NCBI GenBank assembly: GCA_964360965.1
Contig: CAYHYM010000001.1
Coordinates: 52,266-84,265 of the forward strand
DNA: 32,000 bases
Reading direction: 5' to 3'
From: an uncultured Gammaproteobacteria bacterium
GTDB lineage: Bacteria > Patescibacteriota > Microgenomatia > Daviesbacterales > UBA10151
In this document: piece after piece, positions 8,475-14,299 of the stretch
Position numbering within the stretch: the first letter of the stretch is position 1
Layout: the number at the start of each line of letters is the position of its first letter
Position numbers and translations under genes: made by a program
The notes under the pieces: generated by a model
Told to the model about the DNA's origin: nothing
Seen by the model: only the letters and a program-made list of their open reading frames with translations
Database searches by the model: none

Positions 8475-9345
8475 TGAACCTCCTCAATATTTTAGTCAAA
8501 CTCCTGATATTCCAAAAAATAGCAACTGTTTGATTATACCATTTTTTCTGCAAACCCTTTAAAAACCGCTGCCTCTTTTCCCGGCTGGTAAAGATTTCTT
8601 TTAACAAAGCAGCCAGATTTTTAACATCTTCTATTGGTGTTTTCCTGGCAATTTTATAAAACAAAAAAATTGCCAACAAAACAAGTACCAAAGATAAAAA
8701 ATGTCCGCTACTCTGCCTAAAAAAATCCATGATAAATTTGGTTCCTCCTATAAAAATTAGTACTAAACTGGCAATTTTGCCCGGAGGATGAAATTGGACG
8801 GCTTTTGGCCAAATCTTTATCAGTATTATTAAAAAAATCACAGCTTCAAAAAGCTGTACCGGCAGCCTTTTGCCTATCAAACCAACCATGGGAGTGGCAA
8901 AAAAAAGGTCGCTTTGAATCCCTGCCCCGCATCCTCCCAAGAAACAGCCTATATTACCCCAAAAAAGCCCACCCAAAAAACCAACAGATGAAATGTCTAA
9001 AACTTTCCCAAAATCGATCTTGATCATCCTGCATAAAAAAAACAGCGCTCCTGCTCCACCCCCAAAACCTCCCCAAAAAGAAAATCCCGGGTATTTGGTA
9101 ATCTGGATCATTTTTAGAAAATCTGCTTGAAAAAAATTTAAGTGTTCTATAATAAAAAATACTCTGGAAATAACAAGTCCTCCAAAAAAAGTCAGGATTA
9201 AAACGTCAAGCATCTTTTCTTCATCCATATCCCAGGCTCGGGCCAGCCTCCAGATAAGGTAAGTTGAAAATAAAAATGCCACAGCTAAAAATAAGCCAAA
9301 AGAAGAAATGGTAATTGGGCCAATTGAAAAAAGCACCGGTAACAT
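8443..9345 (-). CDS. lgt: prolipoprotein diacylglyceryl transferase-like
   Basis: 300 aa polytopic. The N-terminus MLPVLFSIGPITISSFGLFLAVAFL...YLIWRLA and GGLVISRVFFIIEH are typical of Lgt. Basic C-terminal tail. Confidence 0.65.
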   Translation of the reverse strand: MLPVLFSIGPITISSFGLFLAVAFLFSTYLIWRLARAWDMDEEKMLDVLILTFFGGLVISRVFFIIEHLNFFQADFLKMIQITKYPGFSFWGGFGGGAGALFFLCRMIKIDFGKVLDISSVGFLGGLFWGNIGCFLGGCGAGIQSDLFFATPMVGLIGKRLPVQLFEAVIFLIILIKIWPKAVQFHPPGKIASLVLIFIGGTKFIMDFFRQSSGHFLSLVLVLLAIFLFYKIARKTPIEDVKNLAALLKEIFTSREKRQRFLKGLQKKWYNQTVAIFWNIRSLTKILRRFNVRTTPKNFK

Positions 9346-9417
9346 AAGTATTGTGGTAATAAAAGCCTACCATACAACCTAATTTGACGCAAATTTATCC
9401 TTTGTATTGACAAAGGT

Positions 9418-9426
9418 TGGTATACT
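9418..9426 (+). promoter_or_regulatory. extended -10 (tgg tatact)
   Basis: tatact at 9421-9426 preceded by TGn. The ATG at 9433 is only 6 nt downstream, which is leaderless-like geometry. Confidence 0.4.
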
Positions 9427-9432
9427 ATCTTA

Positions 9433-9876
9433 ATGACCGCTACAGCACATGCTTTAGTGGGAGGAGCAATTGCCGCATCTATTTCTAATCCCGCTGTTGC
9501 CCTTCCCTTAGCTTTCATCTCCCACCCCATTTTGGACATGATTCCTCACTGGGATCTAGGTGTAGGCTGGAGAAAGAAAAATAAAGTAACTCTATTTTTG
9601 GAATCTGTCTTGGATTTAATAATTGGAATAATTTTGGCCTATTTTATATTTGGTAAAAATGTTGATCCAATCTATTTTTTAGCTTGTATATTCTTTTCTG
9701 AAGTTTGGGATATCCTGATGATGCCATACCTTCTTTTTGGCTGGAAGAACCCACCTTTCTCAACAACCTACAAATGGCAGCATAAAATTCAAACCAATAT
9801 TAAACTTCCCTGGGGAATCTTAACTCAAGCAATCACCGTGGGAGGGGTGGTTTTTGCTTTAAGATTTGTCCACTAA
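9433..9876 (+). CDS. DUF457/YdjM-like membrane-bound metal-dependent hydrolase-like protein
   Basis: 147 aa with N-terminus MTATAHALVGGAIA and HPILDMIPHWD, plus several TM segments. Family assignment is from memory of the motif pattern. Confidence 0.45.
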   Translation: MTATAHALVGGAIAASISNPAVALPLAFISHPILDMIPHWDLGVGWRKKNKVTLFLESVLDLIIGIILAYFIFGKNVDPIYFLACIFFSEVWDILMMPYLLFGWKNPPFSTTYKWQHKIQTNIKLPWGILTQAITVGGVVFALRFVH

Positions 9877-10444
9877 ACCTTTCTACATATTCCCCTGTTC
9901 TCGTGTCTATTTTTACTTTTTCCCCAACCTTAATAAACATGGGAACTTTGACCATCAGTCCATTATCCATGATGGCATCTTTGAAGACATTGGAAACTGT
10001 ATTTCCCTTCTCCCCTGGTCCTGTTTCTGCTATTTCATATACCAGGCTCATGGGTAATTCCATTCCCAGAGCCTCTCCTTCTGATATTATTAAAATCACC
10101 TCTAGTCCGTCTTTTAAGTACTTTATCTGCTCACCTAACGCTTGTCCACCTAATGAGAACTGTTCAAAAGATACAGGATCCATGAAGTTAAATCCGCCAG
10201 CTGGCGGATCCCCATCTCTGTACAAAAACTGGGCCTTTTTCTTTTCTACATCAGCTTCATCTACTCTAGCTCCGGTAATAAAGGAGTTTTCTAAAACAGC
10301 CCCTGTACGTATATTCCTGACATTAAGCTTAATATTCCCGGATCCCCGCCCGGTTTTCATATGCTCATAGGTTAAAACCAGGAAAATATCTTTTCCCTCT
10401 TTAAAAAACGTCCCATTCCTTAACTCATTTACATTTAAAGCCAT
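9833..10444 (-). CDS. efp: elongation factor P
   Basis: MALNVNELRNGTFF...EHMKTGRGSGNIKLNVRNIRTG...FMDPVSFEQ aligns with model EF-Ps. I use the ATG at 10444; the ATG at 10459 is contributed by an adjacent repeat. The 3-prime end overlaps the convergent gene 9433-9876 by 44 nt. Confidence 0.9.
   Translation of the reverse strand: MALNVNELRNGTFFKEGKDIFLVLTYEHMKTGRGSGNIKLNVRNIRTGAVLENSFITGARVDEADVEKKKAQFLYRDGDPPAGGFNFMDPVSFEQFSLGGQALGEQIKYLKDGLEVILIISEGEALGMELPMSLVYEIAETGPGEKGNTVSNVFKDAIMDNGLMVKVPMFIKVGEKVKIDTRTGEYVERFSGQILKQKPPLPR
10192..10209. repeat. perfect 18-nt GC-rich palindrome inside efp
   Basis: atccgccag|ctggcggat, read in frame as DPPAGG within ...YRDGDPPAGGFNFMD.... Confidence 0.8.
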
Positions 10445-10454
10445 ACACCCTCCT

Positions 10455-10490
10455 GTCATCCTGAACCCGCCACAGGCGGGTGAAGGATCT
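10455..10490 (+). repeat. GTCAT-hairpin (REP-like) element, copy 1
   Basis: gtcatcc tgaa cccgcc acag gcggg tgaa ggatct: inner stem ccgcc/ggcgg (cccgcc opposite gcggg) and outer stem atcc/ggat. Confidence 0.6.
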
Positions 10491-10523
10491 AATCTTTGGA
10501 TTTTAGCATAAACTTCCTTCCTA

Positions 10524-10550
10524 TGTCATCCCGACGAATGTCGGGATCCA
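10524..10550 (+). repeat. GTCAT-hairpin (REP-like) element, copy 2
   Basis: tgtc atcccgac gaat gtcgggat cca: perfect 8-bp stem (10528-10535 / 10540-10547). Confidence 0.6.
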
Positions 10551-10574
10551 TAAATAATGTGTTTAGTTGGATTC

Positions 10575-10627
10575 TCCTCGAGTCTGAGCGACCTCGGAGT
10601 CGAAGACCTGCATTTGCAGGAATGACA
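10575..10627 (-). repeat. GTCAT-hairpin (REP-like) element, copy 3, inverted
   Basis: The reverse complement reads tgtcattcctgcaaatgcaggtcttcgactccgaggtcgctcagactcgagg, with stem cctgca/tgcagg at 10607-10620. Confidence 0.5.
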
Positions 10628-10699
10628 GAAGAAAATCCTTAATTCCCTCTCTATCTCTTTTTAACCATTCCACATTGGAATGAACAAGTTTTCTCTTTC

Positions 10700-10729
10700 T
10701 TACCACGATCGGAGGATATTTGGTATAAT
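10700..10729 (+). promoter_or_regulatory. promoter for tRNA-Leu (ttacca-18-TGg tataat)
   Basis: ttacca at 10700-10705 and extended -10 tggtataat at 10721-10729, about 57 nt before the mature tRNA 5-prime end. Confidence 0.45.
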
Positions 10730-10739
10730 TATTTTTTAG

Positions 10740-10785
10740 GCCGAGGTGTTTACACCGAGCTTGCCGAGGTGTTTACACCGAGCTT
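10740..10785 (+). repeat. two perfect tandem 23-mers that each begin with the first 9 nt of the tRNA
   Basis: gccgaggtgtttacaccgagctt at 10740-10762 and again at 10763-10785. The tRNA starts gccgaggtg at 10786. Confidence 0.9.
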
Positions 10786-10868
10786 GCCGAGGTGCTGGAA
10801 TGGTAGACAGGCCAGTCTCAAAAACTGGTGATGGCAACATCATGAGGGTTCGACTCCCTCCCTCGGTA
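10786..10868 (+). tRNA. tRNA-Leu (anticodon CAA)
   Basis: Hand-folded cloverleaf. Acceptor gccgagg/cctcggt with a G1-U72 wobble. D stem ctg/cag. Anticodon stem ccagt/actgg with loop ctCAAaa. Long variable arm tgatggcaacatcat. T arm gaggg-ttcgact-ccctc. Discriminator a. CCA is not encoded. Confidence 0.9.
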
Positions 10869-10877
10869 CTCTGTGCG

Positions 10878-10937
10878 ACTATATGACTTCGCTCGAACAT
10901 ATTTTACCAAAAATTACTAACGCATTACTAGTCGGCG
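10878..10937 (+). repeat. left copy of the 60-nt inverted repeat bracketing the accessory block
   Basis: actatatgacttcgctcgaacatattttaccaaaaattactaacgcattactagtcggcg matches the reverse complement of 23358-23417 at 56/60 positions by hand alignment. Confidence 0.9.
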
Positions 10938-11001
10938 TCAACCTCAATCTCGTTTCCTACCTCATTACAAACTCCTACCTCAATCTTTCCATACTTCGAC
11001 T

Positions 11002-11044
11002 GGTTCGACTACTTCGGTTACACTCAGTACAGGTACGCTCACCA
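11002..11044. repeat. cttcgac/ctcagtacagg repeat family member
   Basis: ggttcgactacttcggttacactcagtacaggtacgctcacca matches 19062-19104 at 36/43 in the same orientation. The surrounding 10938-11130 is low-complexity DNA of the same flavour. Confidence 0.7.
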
Positions 11045-11337
11045 TAAATTCACTCACCACAAGTTCACTCAGGACAAGTCACTATCGCTTCCATGCTCAG
11101 GCTCGCACTTGTGGGCCTTCACTCTCCTTACCTTAACTTTAATTTAATTCAAAGAGAAATTTTCGCCAGCATTTTGTCCTAACTATCTATTGTATTTATT
11201 TTGAGTAACTAATTTACTTTAGAGTAAATATATTGTGCAATAGATATAAGTCTATGGAATTCCAGTCAACTACAGAACATTTTTAGGATCTAGTCCAAAT
11301 TAGCATAATTTTTAATAAAATAGGATATAATCGGCAT

Positions 11338-12147
11338 ATGGGAATTGAAAACAGAAGCCATTTTGGCAGAGAAAGACTACGGATGCCAGATCGTGATTAT
11401 AGCAGTCATGTTATTGGTGATCGATGCCCGCTTTTAGGAGGACCTTCTGTTGAAGAAGATGTTGCAACCTTATGGAGAAACTTAAGATATGGTCGTTTTC
11501 TCAAAGAAGAATTAAGAAAATTAAGGGAATATTTAAGTCTAAATTCGGGTTTGCCAGATAGTAGTGCTGACTTTAAAGCGGGAACTACTTTTGAGCCTGA
11601 TGTCTACCCTCATGGAACCATTATACTTGCAGGAAGAGAAGGAGACATATATATCACAACCAGAACCAGGGTTAGAAGGGAACCGTACAGGTCGCCTCTC
11701 CGAGGACCAGACATTGCTTCAGTTCTTTATGGAAGACCTGACTATTCAAAACCGGAATGGCAAGATAAAGGACTATGGTTAGAAAAAGAAGATTATAACG
11801 ATAGGCGACTTTTCCGAGGCAACCATTTTGGAATTATTATTAGATTGCCAAATACTCCCCACAATCAAACAGTACTGCTACAAAATAGCTGGGAGGAAAT
11901 TATGAAAGGCAAAGCGGACCTTAGATTTATTGAAGGTCAAGTGCCTATTAGTTCATGGAATCACTTAGTAACTTCGTATCTGGGGCCTGGATATAATCCT
12001 GATAAGAAAGTGTATACCCAAGATGATCTTTTCGATCGCTTTACTGGAATACAGATATTAGAGGTGGGAAAAGGTGTTAAAGAAGAAGTCAGAAGGCCCT
12101 TAGGAAGATTATCTACCGCTATAAGACGGGCTTTGGGTTCTACATAG
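11338..12147 (+). CDS. hypothetical protein (no recognisable family)
   Basis: 269-aa ORF, soluble and rich in charged and aromatic residues. tataat at 11326-11331 lies 6 nt before the ATG. First gene inside the left inverted repeat. Confidence 0.55.
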   Translation: MGIENRSHFGRERLRMPDRDYSSHVIGDRCPLLGGPSVEEDVATLWRNLRYGRFLKEELRKLREYLSLNSGLPDSSADFKAGTTFEPDVYPHGTIILAGREGDIYITTRTRVRREPYRSPLRGPDIASVLYGRPDYSKPEWQDKGLWLEKEDYNDRRLFRGNHFGIIIRLPNTPHNQTVLLQNSWEEIMKGKADLRFIEGQVPISSWNHLVTSYLGPGYNPDKKVYTQDDLFDRFTGIQILEVGKGVKEEVRRPLGRLSTAIRRALGST

Positions 12148-12155
12148 TACAATAA

Positions 12156-12494
12156 ATGAAAGAGGCTGGAGAGTTTCGAATATTCTGTCCTAAGGCTGAA
12201 CAATTTATGCCTATAAATGGTTCCTTTGAAGTTGACTTACCAGCTTTAGCCCGTGGAGAACAAATTTTTCTAGACTGTGACTATATGCGAGATGCTCAAC
12301 CTGTCAGAGAAGGGAGATTTGGCTGTCTTAAAGTTAGTGCATCAGAAGTAAACCTTAATGATTTAATAACAGTTAATGGCAGTGTTAATGAAGAAAAAGG
12401 AACGCTTGATGCTCAGCTTAACTGTGGACATTGTGGGAATAATGTAGATCTATCATTTCCATATCAGGATGGTAATACCGATAGCCAGCAGTAA
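12156..12494 (+). CDS. hypothetical protein (no recognisable family)
   Basis: 112-aa ORF starting 8 nt after the previous stop, so a likely operon partner. One CGHC motif near the C-terminus. Confidence 0.5.
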   Translation: MKEAGEFRIFCPKAEQFMPINGSFEVDLPALARGEQIFLDCDYMRDAQPVREGRFGCLKVSASEVNLNDLITVNGSVNEEKGTLDAQLNCGHCGNNVDLSFPYQDGNTDSQQ

Positions 12495-12840
12495 AATAAT
12501 TATCAGAATCCACCAAATATATTTTCTGGATGATTTTCTTTCCTCAATTGAAGAATAACTAAAAGGTTTCTTTTTCTCTTGCATTTTTAAAATCCATAAT
12601 TTTTAGGTTAATTTTAGCAGAAATTTAGATCAGAAGGTAGGGTAATTAGGGAGATTGGGGAGGTAAGGGAGATTGGCCCTCCTGCGCTGAAGCTTCGGTG
12701 GGTAAAGGTGATTCAGGTTGTTGGGGTTGTTCAGGGAGATCAGGCGGATTAGATGGATCAGAAGGAGTAGAAGGAACAGAGTCTGATGATTGATTAGGGT
12801 CATCTGGCATAAATTAAGTATACAACAAAACATTTCCTTC

Positions 12841-12868
12841 TTGACAAATATTATCAAACTAATATAAT
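12841..12868 (+). promoter_or_regulatory. consensus promoter TTGACA-16-TATAAT for the toxin-antitoxin operon
   Basis: ttgaca at 12841-12846 and tataat at 12863-12868. The ATG at 12878 is 9 nt downstream. Confidence 0.6.
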
Positions 12869-12877
12869 GATAATAGT

Positions 12878-13174
12878 ATGAACAGCACAATTTTACAAAT
12901 CCCTGTTAATAAAAACCTTCGTGACCAAGCTGCTAGCAGAGCAGAAAGGATGGGTTTTTCTTCCCTTCAGGAGGTAGTCAGATTATTCTTAAATAAAATA
13001 GCCTTGGGAGAAATTGATGTCAGCTTTGAGCCAACTGTGCAGTTATCCCCTAAGGCAATTAAAAGATATAACAAGATGATAGATGAGATTGAAGCTGGTA
13101 AAAATATTACTGGTCCCTTTACAGATGTAGGTGAAATGATGAAATATCTCCATGAAGGTAAAATTCCACGCTAA
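12878..13174 (+). CDS. RelB/DinJ-like ribbon-helix-helix antitoxin
   Basis: 98 aa. LQIPVNKNLRDQAASRAERMGFSSLQEVVRLFLNKIA fits the DinJ/RelB N-terminal pattern. It overlaps the downstream toxin gene by 23 nt. Confidence 0.7.
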   Translation: MNSTILQIPVNKNLRDQAASRAERMGFSSLQEVVRLFLNKIALGEIDVSFEPTVQLSPKAIKRYNKMIDEIEAGKNITGPFTDVGEMMKYLHEGKIPR

Positions 13175-13418
13175 GTTTATTAAAAATTACCGAAAAAGAA
13201 TTCTCAGTAATAAAAAACTTGATAATCAGGTCAAAATAAAAATTGAACAGTTTAAAATTAATCCTAATAATCCTATCTTAAAAGATCATAATTTAACTGG
13301 GACAAAGAAGGGATTAAAAGCATTTTCACTTACTGGAGATATCAGAATAATTTATAGACCTTCTTCCGACAATGAAGTAGTTTTTATGGATATTGGATCA
13401 CATAATCAAGTGTATTAA
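13152..13418 (+). CDS. YafQ/RelE-family mRNA interferase toxin
   Basis: 88 aa: KDHNLTGTKKGLKAFSLTGDIRIIYRPSSDNEVVFMDIGSHNQVY, matching the DH.L.G......R......D.R.IY......gsH pattern. Confidence 0.85.
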   Translation: MKVKFHAKFIKNYRKRILSNKKLDNQVKIKIEQFKINPNNPILKDHNLTGTKKGLKAFSLTGDIRIIYRPSSDNEVVFMDIGSHNQVY

Positions 13419-13423
13419 ATAAA

Positions 13424-13624
13424 TTATTTACTCCAGATTCCTCTTTTATTTTTCTTTGCTTCATCTTGGGCTACAAGTAATTCTTTCTGATATATCCAGG
13501 GTTTTTTGTGTCCCGCACCATACGGTACAGGACTATTTTGGTAGATAAGGGAGAAAGAAGTATTTTTAACATGAGGTAGGATATCTTCAAGTAAATTCTC
13601 TGAAACTGTAATTAATTTAGACAT
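13424..13624 (-). pseudogene. short chimeric ORF: repeat-derived N-terminus plus a thermonuclease (SNase) C-terminal tail fragment
   Basis: MSKLITVSENLLEDILPHVK... is shared with a second copy at 16231-16289. The C-terminus ...ELLVAQDEAKKNKRGIWSK resembles the ...EA.AKK.K.GIWS end of staphylococcal-type nucleases. It is far too short to be a nuclease. Confidence 0.35.
13566..13624 (-). repeat. 59-nt repeat, copy A (5-prime end of a small minus-strand ORF)
   Basis: ttaacatgaggtaggatatcttcaagtaaattctctgaaactgtaattaatttagacat matches 16231-16289 at 51/59 in the same orientation. Confidence 0.8.
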
Positions 13625-13693
13625 ATTTATTATATTACTCAATATTTAGTCTGATTTGCACTATTTATTCTCAAGTTGTATTATTCCATCATT

Positions 13694-14221
13694 ATGGTAA
13701 CTGAAGCTAGACCATCAATAGAATTTTTTAGACAAAGCTTAACTCAGCAAAAGGATTTAGTGGTTGCGGGAGAGGTTAGCCGTTCAAGTGAGAACTGGGC
13801 AGAATGGAGAATGGTTTTTGTAGCTCCAAAGAAACCTGCATATAGTCTAAGAGGAATTCAGGTTGTCTATAATAGATTCTTAAAGCAAGGTTTTAAAGTA
13901 TGTAACAGCACATATCAAGGTCAAGATTCTCTGCATTTGGGAGATATTGAATTTGATGAAGGTCAAATACCACAGGCAAGAAGATTACTTATATCTGTTT
14001 ATCCAGATGAAGGTTTAGCAAGAGAAGCTTATGAGTGGGAGGCAGCATGGGTGGAAAGAGGATCTACATTTGAGCAGTTACGTGGGAAATATCGTGCAGA
14101 AGGAAGACAGGAGCCCTATGTGGGTTATGTTCCAAATGATGTTTTAAGAGAAAAATGGTTAAAACACCAAGTTAATCAGATTAAATCTGCTCTAACTTTT
14201 TGGAAGAGACCTGCAGCTTAA
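13694..14221 (+). CDS. hypothetical protein (no recognisable family)
   Basis: ORF 13676-14221. I prefer the ATG at 13694 because ttgcac (13656-13661), 17 nt, tattat (13679-13684) sits 9 nt upstream. It ends in gcttaatattcac, the same 13-mer as the next gene. Confidence 0.5.
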   Translation: MVTEARPSIEFFRQSLTQQKDLVVAGEVSRSSENWAEWRMVFVAPKKPAYSLRGIQVVYNRFLKQGFKVCNSTYQGQDSLHLGDIEFDEGQIPQARRLLISVYPDEGLAREAYEWEAAWVERGSTFEQLRGKYRAEGRQEPYVGYVPNDVLREKWLKHQVNQIKSALTFWKRPAA

Positions 14222-14299
14222 TATTCACTTCTTCAAAATAATCCCATAGTTTGATATATAGCTTCCTCTTGTATATAATCTCATTCAATAGTTAAACTT

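Noticed and set aside
9833-9876. Convergent 44-nt overlap of efp with 9433-9876, and 11-nt overlap of 26688-27425 with 27415-28113, as possible antisense regulation.
   Set aside because: Short convergent overlaps are common in compact genomes. Both overlaps involve only non-conserved C-terminal tails, and I see no associated structure.
10740-10785. Possible mini CRISPR array or other array formed by the tandem 23-mers.
   Set aside because: There are only two units, directly abutting with no spacers, and they are identical to the tRNA 5-prime end. No cas genes are in the window. I treat it as a tandem duplication.
12781-12812. Hammerhead-like CUGAUGA core (gtctgatgattgattagggtcatc).
   Set aside because: The apparent stem uses the core nucleotides themselves (gatga/tcatc). 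No GAAA plus stem III arrangement or cleavage-site triplet follows. Other ctgatga hits (676, 9716) are inside CDSs.
12841-12857. Quasi-palindrome ttgacaaatattatcaa overlapping the -35 of the RelB/YafQ promoter, considered as the antitoxin operator.
   Set aside because: This is plausible by analogy with autoregulated TA operons, but the arms are imperfect and the sequence is AT-rich. I cannot separate it from chance.
12630-12890. 86-aa minus-strand ORF spanning the intergenic region upstream of the RelB/YafQ operon.
   Set aside because: It runs through the promoter of the TA operon and through low-complexity repeat DNA (ggtaattagggagattggggaggtaagggagattgg...). Its translation is Leu/Ile/Asn/Pro junk. 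A different minus frame (12646-12810) gives the more coherent Pro-rich peptide discussed in the findings.
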